DNA of 64,000 nt, from assembly GCA_021734945.1 (NCBI GenBank), contig JAIPIA010000003.1:28895-92894 (forward strand), in the 5' to 3' direction. Position 1 is the first letter of the stretch. Each line of letters opens with the position of its first letter. Position numbers and translations under genes: made by a program. Of this stretch, positions 49,801-58,404 are shown piece after piece. Origin of the DNA: Minisyncoccota bacterium. Lineage in GTDB: Bacteria; Patescibacteriota; Minisyncoccia; Phycocordibacterales; CAIZLB01. The notes beneath the pieces are model-generated. The model was given only the letters and a program-made list of their open reading frames with translations. It was not told the origin of the DNA and ran no database searches.

Positions 49801-50149
49801 CGCTGTTCAAAGAATTTACAGCTGATGTAATTGAACGGGCCGAAGTAACAGATGATTTTCCAGCTTCCATCAAAGTGCTTTTAGTACTGGCAAAAACATC
49901 CTGAGCAAGTAACCTGACTTCAGAGGTATTTTTTCCAATTTGCATTAGAGCTTCAGAAGTTGTATTTACAACCTTATCAAAAGTTCCTGAAACCTTATCT
50001 GAAAATACACTTGTTAAACCATTAGAAAACAGACTACTAAAACTAGATACAGAAGAATCCGCAATAACAAATTTGGGTGTAAAAATAGAGAGACTCGCGA
50101 TTAACGCATAGGTAAAAAATTTCTGGATTGTTAAGTTCCAATTTCTCAT
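43868..50149 (-). CDS. Giant secreted fibre/adhesin with a peptidase S74 intramolecular chaperone domain
   Basis: Signal peptide; repeated GNVGIGTTTP and WVATSTLGISGGG modules; 14-aa YadA-head-like repeats; SDIRLKEDI...GFIAQDVE...LNY S74 domain; Pro/Thr-rich tail. Confidence 0.85.
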   Translation of the reverse strand: MRNWNLTIQKFFTYALIASLSIFTPKFVIADSSVSSFSSLFSNGLTSVFSDKVSGTFDKVVNTTSEALMQIGKNTSEVRLLAQDVFASTKSTLMEAGKSSVTSARSITSAVNSLNSVVNENVSKQVSNQSASVSSSINFGLEKMFGFAIDKTADVLTPFFIKNESIATSIIVNNFSSKSTSTQQISTPSKTSTSVSPSVIQGITPKINQSVQPVQNKNIVSVNLYASPLVQNILARLYQLETQSTNRTTTQEITQNFYNTYTGGSAYTVPADTSRSTAASINAAVAPLAEQISQLSGGSSYSNIFASIVATSTATSTFVGPITSDNTITASVFYGDGSQLTGISAGASFSTSTTRAAFSTIATGLTYDNSTGITSLTSGYNIPLNASTTEWASSIASIAGLTSTTNTLNASTTALSASTTNLSVFYQTPSTRITAGTGLAWSGNTLNSTGVTSIGGFSGAVATSSFSTSDFIEGSNLYFTNTRADARVNEVLSATTSLPNITTLAGLTSASTLATVGTLTSGSIGSGFGNINIGSNTFTGNGSGITSLSATNISSGVLAIARGGTGTTTAPSLGQLLLGNASGGYNLVATSSLGITGSQWTTSGANISFTSGNVGISGNLGINTTSPQAQLDLGGSLGPKLLVYGTNGTPSYFAGLGMTLGQGTASLGVFTGAASDFTVDQSTTLVSYPYPSYTTKFIVKAGTGDVGIGTTTPTARLAITGNAGTTDLLNLASSTNASLFKIGATGATYFNNSAGTTGMVLLSSGTGSAPTWVATSTLGISGGGGSLTGTTGQFAFFSGTDTAVGTSTLFLSNGNIGIGTTTPASALSVVGAGNFTSNLTTGGVLNVLGTGTSTITTDVLLSGDLIPGVDDTYRLGTPSRMWRDVYIGPGSLYVNGQKVLQTDNSNNVTVTADSNQNLVFKSAGTGDLELNPSGTGQILLKGNLRLSAGKTITTSDATPIALTNGADLGFLRIAGNTITPTNLNGGITIAATGTGGVYFTQGNVGIATTSPSFPLTVAGDINFTGALRANGSSGTTGMVLLSNGTSAPTWVATSTLGISGGGASPWTTSGSDIYYTTGKVSIGTSTQTAAVLTLAGSLSVASSTNGSVIIGAVDGNSRGSLSLDIQSQHVSADKVASGIESVAVGLNNLTSGQYGVTVGRYNSVTGTYGTALGTDNSAWQYSASIGNQNTVSGQSAVAVGRLNNVSAEAGAAYGMQNSVSGAGYNLAIGYGNTVTAGSATVIGNSITNTIATTVMIGPNDASKITIASTGLGLGTTTPSQKLSIAGNMQLTGALFDSSNASGTAGMVLQTTGTGTQWVATSTLGISGGGGSLSGGTDGYLARWTSSSALSTGLLLDNGTVSGVNATSSTYTFNVQGSSGVNPFNVASSTGTSLFSVLANGNVGIGTTTPATKLAVVGGANFLGPILGGVSGLGDFVQFSETFDGSSVSTANWTVTGSSATLVSGALRFLGAGSYTSEGLTSTQSYRRASSTTLTADVTATSVVVVGFSSATALAYTNMPHAIFFSNDGNLYIYQNGSQIGGSVGTWTGGAPYKIKISLSPNGASYYISSNAGDTWTRLYDGTASGVTNSPLYVRYIAMGGAYSTIDNISVSSGQDVLSASGFFDKNLTIGRGDLFVNLGKVGLGIVTGSTAPWAKLSIQQAFGSTTPLFDIASTTSAGFATSSLFIVGANGNVGIGSSTPYAKLTVVGESYADLFTSGSTTATSTFAGGLNVGNGALTYNWASGLTNIANASLGAMTFESDSGMISWVDMPVTSASASGTVQSYTAQLGGNPMLTVYGLSNGAGAVNTLRLGVGTTTPVSAFSVVGTINATNLVGGASLSADANGNIILTPSDIRLKEDIKPIESALDKVMKLQGVTFGWKDKLRFGSSTEIGFIAQDVEKIVPELVRDGGEYKSLNYANMVALVVEAVKDLKTRVDAILGWFSPKGDRINIKGMVCVDDVCVSKDQFKQMLLNSGSVMVIPQTSAPAPTPPVTTTSSVPPTPSTETTVTPDSNPDTTSADESSTSDVTTTSSSDTIPASDPAPVDTPTPEVAPEPTPTPVAEPVSAPTPNPAPAPDPAPAVTPAPASDGSVQ

Positions 50150-50224
50150 CTCAGTATGTATATTTATATTACACCAAGACAAGCCCTTTTAATACTGAAT
50201 TACCCACAGTTTAAAAGGTTTTTT

Positions 50225-52003
50225 CTACTTTGTTGCAATAATTTTAAGAATTTCTTCTTTTGCAATAGCGGGATTTACAGACCCTTTACTCAACTTCATA
50301 ATCTGACCAACGAAAAACTGTAATGACGCCTCTTTTCCAGCCTTATAACTCGCAAGTACTGTAGGATTTGAGTCAATCACTTCATTAATCATCTTTTTGA
50401 GAGCTTCTGGATCATTTTTTATGATAAATCCTTTTTCTTCGGCAATTTGTTTTGGATTTTTTGCAGAAATATCTTCAATCACAGCTTGGTCATCACTCCA
50501 AAACATAGCAATTAAATCTTTAGCACCACGAGAAGAAAGTTCCCCTGCTTTAAGCATTGAAATAATTTCTGCGAATGCTTTTGCATTAATTTTTATACTT
50601 TCTTCACCAGTTTTTTTCACTAAACCAGCGATATCAGATGTGATGTAATTTATTCCAAGTTTTACTTTTTCTTTTTCACCATTTTTATTATTTTTATCAT
50701 TTCCACCCGCGTTATCTTCTCCAGAAATGCGCGTAAATTCTTCAAAAAATTTTCTGAACATTTCATTCTGTACAAACATCTCAGCATCCTCTTCTTTCAT
50801 TTCAAACTCATTCAAATATTTTGCTCGACGCTCCCATGGCAACATTGGCAATTTTGCTTTTATAGTTTCCAAATTAAATTCTGGAATTTCACTAATAAAA
50901 AGTTTTGGCAAATCAGGATCTGGAAAATATCGATAGTCATGTGAGTCCTCTTTTGCTCTTTGTGAAAAAGTTTTTCCAGTTGTTTCATCAAAACCTCGAG
51001 TCTCTTGTACTATAAAAAGTCCTGCTTTTTTGAGCTCATCAGTGAGTTTATTTCGTTGCGCTTTTTGCTCATCTGTAAGATCGCCTTTTTCAATATATCC
51101 AAGTTTTACAACATCAATAATACCCTTAGAAATAAGGTCTTTTTTGAAAATTTCTGCACGCTCAAGTATGTCGATATGTCGCGCAAGTTCGAACTCAATA
51201 GCACGCTCAGCGGATCTAAAAGAGTTAAGATTTTTTACTTCAACTTTTCTACCAAAATGTTTGAAATCATATGGAAAATCATGCGCACGGGGATCTGTTG
51301 AAACTGACATATTAGCTTCAACTCGCATTTCACCTTTTTCCATATTTGCGTCACCTACCCCTAATTCCCGTAAAAGTAATTGCAATTCTTTTGCAAAATT
51401 TCCCGCTGTCTTTGCATCATGAATTACAGGTTCTGTAACAAGCTCCATGAGTGGCACACCAGCACGATTAAAATCAACCAAACTATACGACTGACCGTTT
51501 GCATCTTGTGGATGATCATGTGACGAACTTGCTGTATCTTCTTCAAGATGAATACGAGTTAATTTTACTTCATTGTCACCGATTTTAAGTGAACCATTTT
51601 TTACGAGTGGATATGCGTACTGACTAATCTGATACCCTTTTGGAATATCTGGATAAAAATAGTTTTTTCGATCCCATTCTGTATAGTCTGCAATGTCAGC
51701 ACCTACAGCTGTACCCACACGAATCACATGCTTGATTGCAGCCTTATTGAGGACCGGCAAAGTTCCCGGATGACCCATACACACTGCACAAATATTTTTA
51801 TTTTGTTGCGGTTCATCTGGATTGTTTCGACAAGAACAAAACATCTTTGACTCCGTCTTAAGTTCCGCATGAATCTCAAGACCGATAACAGGATAATACA
51901 CAGTACCTGACGGACCTGTTATTATCTTACTTTTTTTAGCTTCAGCTATTACTTCTGTCGCCACCTCTGTCGCTTCGTTTTTTGTATCGTTTCGAATCTC
52001 CAT
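50225..52003 (-). CDS. gatB: Asp-tRNA(Asn)/Glu-tRNA(Gln) amidotransferase subunit B
   Basis: IGLEIH, RKNYFYPD, RIHLEED, NRAGVPLME, DYRYFPDPDL. Confidence 0.97.
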   Translation of the reverse strand: MEIRNDTKNEATEVATEVIAEAKKSKIITGPSGTVYYPVIGLEIHAELKTESKMFCSCRNNPDEPQQNKNICAVCMGHPGTLPVLNKAAIKHVIRVGTAVGADIADYTEWDRKNYFYPDIPKGYQISQYAYPLVKNGSLKIGDNEVKLTRIHLEEDTASSSHDHPQDANGQSYSLVDFNRAGVPLMELVTEPVIHDAKTAGNFAKELQLLLRELGVGDANMEKGEMRVEANMSVSTDPRAHDFPYDFKHFGRKVEVKNLNSFRSAERAIEFELARHIDILERAEIFKKDLISKGIIDVVKLGYIEKGDLTDEQKAQRNKLTDELKKAGLFIVQETRGFDETTGKTFSQRAKEDSHDYRYFPDPDLPKLFISEIPEFNLETIKAKLPMLPWERRAKYLNEFEMKEEDAEMFVQNEMFRKFFEEFTRISGEDNAGGNDKNNKNGEKEKVKLGINYITSDIAGLVKKTGEESIKINAKAFAEIISMLKAGELSSRGAKDLIAMFWSDDQAVIEDISAKNPKQIAEEKGFIIKNDPEALKKMINEVIDSNPTVLASYKAGKEASLQFFVGQIMKLSKGSVNPAIAKEEILKIIATK

Positions 52004-52015
52004 AGTTTTAGTTTA

Positions 52016-53230
52016 CTATTTCTTATTAGTCCTAGCTTTCGCAGAATTTGTTTTTGTATTCGCAGATTTTGTACTTACCTTACCTCCCACCTTAGCATCC
52101 TTGATTGATTTTACAACTCTTGGTTTTCGAGCTTGTTTTTTCATTGCTTTAGCGGTTTTTTGAGATCCCTTAGTATCATCAAAATCGCCAATCATATCCG
52201 CATCTTCATTATGAGTATCTGCGATTTCCTTTGCATTATTTTCTGCAAATTCTTTAGTCAAAAAATCAGACAGCTTTTTAAGCGAATCAATATCATACAC
52301 CGAAACTGTGAGCACATCTTTATCTTTCCATTCCTTAATATTTTTCTTTGCATCGGCAACTTTTTTTGCGAGTTCAGTTGGCATACACACATCTGTTTTA
52401 GTAAGTAAAATAACCTCTTTTTTACCAACCATATCTGGATGATAATCTTCAAGTTCTTTTCGGATAGTCTTATATACAGATTGAATTTCTTCAACAGTTC
52501 CATGTTCAAGTGAGATGCAATGGAAAAGCATTTTTGTACGCTTGATGTGTCGGAGGAATTTGTGACCAAGACCTCTACCTTCTGATGCACCCTCTATGAG
52601 ACCTGGAATATCTGCTAGTACATAGTTGTATAGAGCACCAAGATTTGGTTCGAGTGTTGTGAACTGATACGCACCAACTTTTGCATGTGCTTTTGTAAGC
52701 GCATTTAGGAGTGAAGTTTTTCCGGCATTTGGCAAACCTATGAGTCCCGCATCAGCAATGAGTTCAACTTCGATATAAAATTCACCCTCTTCCCCATTTT
52801 TTCCAGGGGTCCATTCTTCAGGAGTTTGATTTGTAGAAGATTTGAAACGTTCATTTCCAAGACCTCCGTTTCCACCTTTCAAAATCATAATCTCTTGCCC
52901 CTCTTTGTCGAGCTTATAAATTTCTTTTGTGAAATTATTTGTAATCACACTTCCGATTGGTAAGTCGATATACATATCTTCGCCGTTTCCACCGTGCTTG
53001 CTGTTATTGCCACCTGCCTCACCATTTGGAGCATTGAACTCCTTGATGTTCTTGTATCGTGCGAGGAGCGTAGTATCACGAACAGATCTCACATACACAT
53101 GAGCGCCTCGTCCACCGTCACCACCTGATGGACCACCAAACTCCTTAAATTTTTCATGCAGCCACCGAACAACGCCGTTTCCACCACGTCCCGCTCGCAC
53201 ATGTACTGTCATTTCATCGATAAAAGCCAT
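52016..53230 (-). CDS. obgE: GTPase ObgE
   Basis: Gly-rich Obg domain, GLPNAGKT, FTTLEP, DIPGLIEG, TKTD. Confidence 0.97.
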   Translation of the reverse strand: MAFIDEMTVHVRAGRGGNGVVRWLHEKFKEFGGPSGGDGGRGAHVYVRSVRDTTLLARYKNIKEFNAPNGEAGGNNSKHGGNGEDMYIDLPIGSVITNNFTKEIYKLDKEGQEIMILKGGNGGLGNERFKSSTNQTPEEWTPGKNGEEGEFYIEVELIADAGLIGLPNAGKTSLLNALTKAHAKVGAYQFTTLEPNLGALYNYVLADIPGLIEGASEGRGLGHKFLRHIKRTKMLFHCISLEHGTVEEIQSVYKTIRKELEDYHPDMVGKKEVILLTKTDVCMPTELAKKVADAKKNIKEWKDKDVLTVSVYDIDSLKKLSDFLTKEFAENNAKEIADTHNEDADMIGDFDDTKGSQKTAKAMKKQARKPRVVKSIKDAKVGGKVSTKSANTKTNSAKARTNKK

Positions 53231-53252
53231 ATATAGTGAAGACTATATCATA

Positions 53253-53492
53253 TTATATGATAAATAGTGAGAAAAATGTTGCTCGAACCGTTCGGGAGGT
53301 ACACCCAAGCTTTGCATTGAGTGTTTTAAAAAATGATACGTGCAAATACTCGACACCAACAACCTTTCCTCTATAATCTATATCTATGAGCATGCGTCGC
53401 CCCAAAAGATTCATAGGTTTTGTACGCGAGATACCCCCTTTTCTCAACTTTAAATAATAACTTCCAGTTGTTATATCGTGAGTAAGTCTCAT
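53253..53492 (-). CDS. DUF2283-like small protein
   Basis: MRLTHD...YYLKL...IDIDYRGKVVGVEYL pattern. Confidence 0.6.
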   Translation of the reverse strand: MRLTHDITTGSYYLKLRKGGISRTKPMNLLGRRMLIDIDYRGKVVGVEYLHVSFFKTLNAKLGCTSRTVRATFFSLFII

Positions 53493-53634
53493 GTTTTATA
53501 TGACGTGATTATGATGTGTTAAATTATATTCACAGCACTGACAATAGTACTGACAGGGGTTCAATTTTCGATAAAGTTTTTATAAAATCAAAGATTGCCA
53601 AAAAAACTGCTTTCTGCTAACATGGGTATCAACG

Positions 53635-53865
53635 ATGGAAATCAAAGCCATTTTACCTATTATACAAATTGTCCTAGCCGTACTTCTCACGGTAGCTGTT
53701 TTATTTCAGCAATCTGAAGCTGGTGCTGGAGGAGCTTTTGGTGGCAGTGATTCTGTTTCGTCATGGAGAACAAGACGAGGATTCGAAAAAGTTTTGTTTA
53801 CAGGAACTATTGTCTTAGCAATACTCTTTGTAGTATCTGCCCTTTTGGCTTTGGTTCAATTCTAG
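53635..53865 (+). CDS. secG: Preprotein translocase subunit SecG
   Basis: TM-LFQQ...GGAFGG...RRGFEK-TM. Confidence 0.93.
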   Translation: MEIKAILPIIQIVLAVLLTVAVLFQQSEAGAGGAFGGSDSVSSWRTRRGFEKVLFTGTIVLAILFVVSALLALVQF

Positions 53866-54053
53866 TTTCCCCGTTTACTACAGCTTTTCAGATTTTTATA
53901 TCTAGATTTAGACTCAACAATCTTCCCTGCTATTCTATCAAGTCAGAACTCCTCTCAAATTCTCTATTCTAATAAGCCGTGCAATTATATTGTGTTCTTT
54001 CCGCACGGTGAATAGTATTTCAAAAAACTATTAGTATCTAAATAATAATTACA

Positions 54054-56135
54054 TTGAATTCAAATCCTATTCCACAAGACGGTGATATTAAGACTGATGA
54101 GGAGTTTACTGAAAATATTGGTACTGGCAACAAACAACAAACTCCCGTACAGAAAAAACCTAGAGCACCACGAAAAAAGAAAATTCAAAATGTAATTGAT
54201 GTACCTGAAATCTCTCCAGTTGTTATTACTCCTATCGACACATCCACTACGAGCATTTCTAATATCGTTCCTAACACTGACACACCCACTATCGAAACTC
54301 TACCTGTTAAAAATATAATTGAGACAAAAAAGTCTTCATTTTTGAAGCTTTCAGAAAAAATAAAGTTACTTTATAGATCGTTCCGTCCAACTGAAAAACT
54401 TATTTTCAGTATTGCACTAGCTACACTCATTTTTAGTTCACTTTCTCTACTTGGAAAAGTTAATGATTTGTATTCAGTAGAACTACCTACAAAAGGTGGA
54501 ACATATACTGAGGGAGTTATCGGCTACGCACGTTTTATTAATCCACTATTAGGATACACAGACGCAGACCGAGACATGATTAGTTTGATTTACTCTGGAC
54601 TTCTGAAGCCTACTCCAGAAGGTAAACTCGTTGCAGACCTAGCTCAGTCATGGACCGTTTCTGATGATGGGCTTACATATACGTTTATATTAAAAGATGG
54701 ACTTACATTTCATGATGGTAAACCTCTTACGACAGACGATATAGAATTCACAGTTCAAAAAGCTCAAGATCCTCTTATTAAAAGTCCACGTGCAGAAAAT
54801 TGGGCTGGAGTTACAATGGAAAAAGTTAGTCCAACTGAGATAAAGTTTATTCTTAAGAAACCTTACTCACCTTTTTTAGAAAATATGACTTTGGGAATTT
54901 TACCAAAACATATATGGTCAAATATCGAGCATGAAGCCTTCGATATAAATACATACAACAGAGAGCCAATTGGTTCTGGACCATTCAAAATCAAGAAAGC
55001 ATATCGAAATGATACAGGGATCTACGAGTATTATGATTTGGTGCCTTTTGAAAATTATAGTTTGGGTGCGCCATATATAAGTCACTTTTTTGTAAAGTTC
55101 TACAAAGGCGAAGACGAGGCTTTGGCTGCATATAAAAATGGGTCAGTAAGTGCACTTGGAGGCGTATCACCTGCTGATGCTAATGCTCTCAAAATGAAAA
55201 AGAATTCTCTTATAAGCACTCCTTTACCTCGAGTATTTGGGCTGTTTTTCAACCAAAGCAATGCTCCAGTTTTAGTCAATAAAGAAGTTAGAGAAGCACT
55301 CAATGCATCTATTAATAGACTTTCACTTATTGATTCTATCCTTCAGGGCTGGGGTGCTGTCTCGAAAAATGCGATTCCTCGAAGCCTATCCCACAATCAA
55401 GAAATCTCACATGACACAACATCGAGTTCAAGCTCAAACACTCCATCTGATGCCACAAACTCGACATCAACAGAAAACACTCTGATTAATGATCAATATA
55501 TTGCAGCCGGAAGAAAAATATTGACTGACAAAGGGTGGAAACAGAATGCAGACGGTATTTTTGAAAAGCAGACAAAATCAGGAAAGACAACAGAGACTCA
55601 AATCCTCCGATTTACAATCTCGACCTCTAATGTACCTGAACTTAAACAGTCAGCTGAGATATTGAGAGACACATGGACAAAACTTGGTGCAGATGTTAAA
55701 GTAGAGATATTCGAACCATCTGACCTGACTCAAAAGGTTATCCGTCCCCGAAAATATGATTCTCTTCTTTTCGGAAACGTTGTCGGACGAGACCTCGACC
55801 TCTATCCTTTTTGGCACTCTTCACAAAGAAATGACCCAGGATTAAATATTGCGTTATATACCAATATAAAGGCAGATAAGGCACTCGAAACTATCAGAAA
55901 TACTTCAGACGAAGTAAAAAAAGCAGATGCCTATAAAGTCTTTGAGAATGAAATTCAAAACGATATTCCAGCTGTGTTTCTCTACTCCCCTGACTATATT
56001 TACGCCACAAGCAAAGACATTCACAATCTAGAAATTTCCAATATTACCAACCCCGCAGAACGTTTTATGGATGTTCAGTCATGGTATATAGAAACTGAAA
56101 AAGTTTGGAAAATATTTGAAAAGCAAAAAATTTAA
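54054..56135 (+). CDS. Peptide ABC transporter substrate-binding protein (family 5) with an N-terminal extension
   Basis: GGTYTEG, INPL, DLAQSW...SDDGLTYTF, FHDG, GSGPF, PAVFLY; start codon uncertain (TTG). Confidence 0.88.
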   Translation: MNSNPIPQDGDIKTDEEFTENIGTGNKQQTPVQKKPRAPRKKKIQNVIDVPEISPVVITPIDTSTTSISNIVPNTDTPTIETLPVKNIIETKKSSFLKLSEKIKLLYRSFRPTEKLIFSIALATLIFSSLSLLGKVNDLYSVELPTKGGTYTEGVIGYARFINPLLGYTDADRDMISLIYSGLLKPTPEGKLVADLAQSWTVSDDGLTYTFILKDGLTFHDGKPLTTDDIEFTVQKAQDPLIKSPRAENWAGVTMEKVSPTEIKFILKKPYSPFLENMTLGILPKHIWSNIEHEAFDINTYNREPIGSGPFKIKKAYRNDTGIYEYYDLVPFENYSLGAPYISHFFVKFYKGEDEALAAYKNGSVSALGGVSPADANALKMKKNSLISTPLPRVFGLFFNQSNAPVLVNKEVREALNASINRLSLIDSILQGWGAVSKNAIPRSLSHNQEISHDTTSSSSSNTPSDATNSTSTENTLINDQYIAAGRKILTDKGWKQNADGIFEKQTKSGKTTETQILRFTISTSNVPELKQSAEILRDTWTKLGADVKVEIFEPSDLTQKVIRPRKYDSLLFGNVVGRDLDLYPFWHSSQRNDPGLNIALYTNIKADKALETIRNTSDEVKKADAYKVFENEIQNDIPAVFLYSPDYIYATSKDIHNLEISNITNPAERFMDVQSWYIETEKVWKIFEKQKI

Positions 56136-56294
56136 ATAAAGGAAGATTAAAATTTAAGTATGCCAAGCACGATCTTGAAGATCGAATTATAAAAAAATTA
56201 ACAAATAGAAAAAGTGTTTTACTAAAGGACGGTCTGGCTAAGGGAACGCTTATGCCAAAAGCGAACTGAGGTACACACAATTTCACAAAATCAA

Positions 56295-58397
56295 ATGAAC
56301 GACAGACGACCTTTCCACGGACGACCACAATACGGTAATAACTCCGGAGGACAAAGAAATAACAGAATAGATAACAGACCTATCATTGCCCCTATTGGGC
56401 AAAGTGCTTCTGTGTCTACATCTTCAAGCCCAAGAACAACACCTATCAACACAACAAATATTGCACCAACAAACACCGGAACAACATCGAACTCAGTAAA
56501 TCACACTGATGCTTTAAATGAATTCAAGGGTTTAGAATCTGAACAGCCGACAACAGCTCCAAAATCAACTACCCCAACTTCAGCACCTAAGACTGCTGGA
56601 CATGGTAATCGTGGCATTATGAATCGAAACCGACCAATGCGACGGCCTGAACCGCCACAAAAGAGTCTCATTAACACTCTTACAAAGCCAGCAGAAAGTG
56701 GTCACCTTCCACTTGTTGCACCTGGAAATATCCGAATCATTCCACTTGGTGGAGTTGAAAAAATCGGTATGAATATGACAGCTATCGAAATTGGTGAAGA
56801 CATTATTGTTATAGATGCTGGTTTTGCATTCACAGAAGAAAGCACTCCTGGTATTGATTACATTTTACCAAACACAAAATATCTCGAGGAGAGAAAATCA
56901 CGAGTAAAAGCTATTATTATTACTCATGGTCACCTCGATCACATTGGAGGTATTCCTTACATCATGGATCGTATTGGAAATCCACCAATGTATACACGAA
57001 ATCTCACAGCTCTTATGGTGAAGAAGCGACAATCTGAATTCCCTCACCTCGAACCTATCGACTTCAAAATCGTAGAGCAAAATGACCGAATAAAAATCGG
57101 TGGTATTTCTGTACAATTCTTTGGAATTACTCACACTATCCCAGACTGTATTGGTATTGCTATCGAAACACCATATGGGTATGTAGTAACTCCTGGTGAC
57201 TTCAAACTTGATCACGTTGACGAAGAACCAACAGCAGAAGAAGTAAAATCATATTCATTTTTTGATGATAAAAAAGTTCTTGCTCTTCTTGCCGATTCTA
57301 CAAACATTGAAAACCCTGGATTCTCAACTCCAGAGCGTCTCGTACTCGAAAACTTAGACAGTATTATTCGTGATACAAAAGGACGAATGATTGTAGGTAT
57401 GTTTGCCTCTCACTTCCACCGAATTGCTAAGATCGTAGAATCTTCAGAAAAATATGGTAAGAAAGTTCTTATTGAAGGACGAAGTATGAAAAACAACATC
57501 GACATTGCTATCCAATCAGGCATGCTTGTTGTTAAAAAAGGTACCCTTATCGCTCCACAAGAGATCGACAACTTCCCTCCTGACAAAGTAGTAGTACTCG
57601 CAACAGGTGCACAAGGTGACGAATTTGCAGCTCTCATGAGAATGGCATCTGGTAACTACAAACATTTCAAACTTTCAAACAGAGATACTATTCTCCTTTC
57701 TGCTTCTATTATTCCAGGAAATGAAAAGGCCGTAGATAAACTCAAAGATAAGATTGCTCGAACAGGCGCTCGAATTATTCACTATCGAACATCGGAAGTT
57801 TTCATTCACTCAACAGGACATGCAAACCGAGGTGAACTCGAATGGCTCCACAAAAAACTCAAGCCACGATTCTTTATTCCTATTCACGGAACACACTACA
57901 AACTCCGACAACACGCCGAACTTGCTATGCAACTTGGCATGCCAGCAGATCACATAGTAGTACCTGATAACGGAACTATTATTGAAATTCGAGAAGAAGG
58001 TACAAAACTTGTGCGTATGGCTGAAAAGGCCCCTGACAATGTTGTTATGGTAGACGGATTTACTATTGGTGATATTCAGGATGTTGTTATCCGAGATCGA
58101 CAAGTACTCTCATCTGACGGTATCTTCGTTGTCATCGCACTTATCAATGCGTCTACAGGTAAACTCAAGAAGTCTCCTGACATTATTTCACGAGGTTCTG
58201 TATATCTCCGAGAATCACAAGATCTCCTCCGAGAAACACGTCATCTTGTAAAATATGTAGTAGAACAAAATACTGAGAACATGCACCCTATCAATATTGA
58301 CTATATTAAGGACGTCGTATCCGAAGCTTTGAGTAAATTCATCTTCCAACACACTGCAAAGCGACCTATTGTGATTCCAGTGATGATTTGTGTATAA
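56295..58397 (+). CDS. rnj: Ribonuclease J
   Basis: PLGGVEKIGMN, THGHLDHIG, HSTGHA, PIHG; about 140-aa disordered N-terminus. Confidence 0.95.
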   Translation: MNDRRPFHGRPQYGNNSGGQRNNRIDNRPIIAPIGQSASVSTSSSPRTTPINTTNIAPTNTGTTSNSVNHTDALNEFKGLESEQPTTAPKSTTPTSAPKTAGHGNRGIMNRNRPMRRPEPPQKSLINTLTKPAESGHLPLVAPGNIRIIPLGGVEKIGMNMTAIEIGEDIIVIDAGFAFTEESTPGIDYILPNTKYLEERKSRVKAIIITHGHLDHIGGIPYIMDRIGNPPMYTRNLTALMVKKRQSEFPHLEPIDFKIVEQNDRIKIGGISVQFFGITHTIPDCIGIAIETPYGYVVTPGDFKLDHVDEEPTAEEVKSYSFFDDKKVLALLADSTNIENPGFSTPERLVLENLDSIIRDTKGRMIVGMFASHFHRIAKIVESSEKYGKKVLIEGRSMKNNIDIAIQSGMLVVKKGTLIAPQEIDNFPPDKVVVLATGAQGDEFAALMRMASGNYKHFKLSNRDTILLSASIIPGNEKAVDKLKDKIARTGARIIHYRTSEVFIHSTGHANRGELEWLHKKLKPRFFIPIHGTHYKLRQHAELAMQLGMPADHIVVPDNGTIIEIREEGTKLVRMAEKAPDNVVMVDGFTIGDIQDVVIRDRQVLSSDGIFVVIALINASTGKLKKSPDIISRGSVYLRESQDLLRETRHLVKYVVEQNTENMHPINIDYIKDVVSEALSKFIFQHTAKRPIVIPVMICV

Positions 58398-58404
58398 TTA
58401 GTGA

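Noticed and set aside
43839-49904. Many plus-strand ORFs of 80-140 aa (also 23796-24167 and 18965-19408)
   Set aside because: They are antisense shadows of Gly/Thr/Ser-rich or housekeeping genes.
43868-50149. Prophage suggested by the tail-fibre S74 domain
   Set aside because: The protein has a signal peptide, and there are no capsid, terminase, portal or integrase genes; the flanks are gap and gatB.
56136-56294. Possible riboswitch upstream of rnj
   Set aside because: Only short hairpins are present (CGATCTT/AAGATCG, CGCTT/AAGCG), with no recognisable aptamer consensus.
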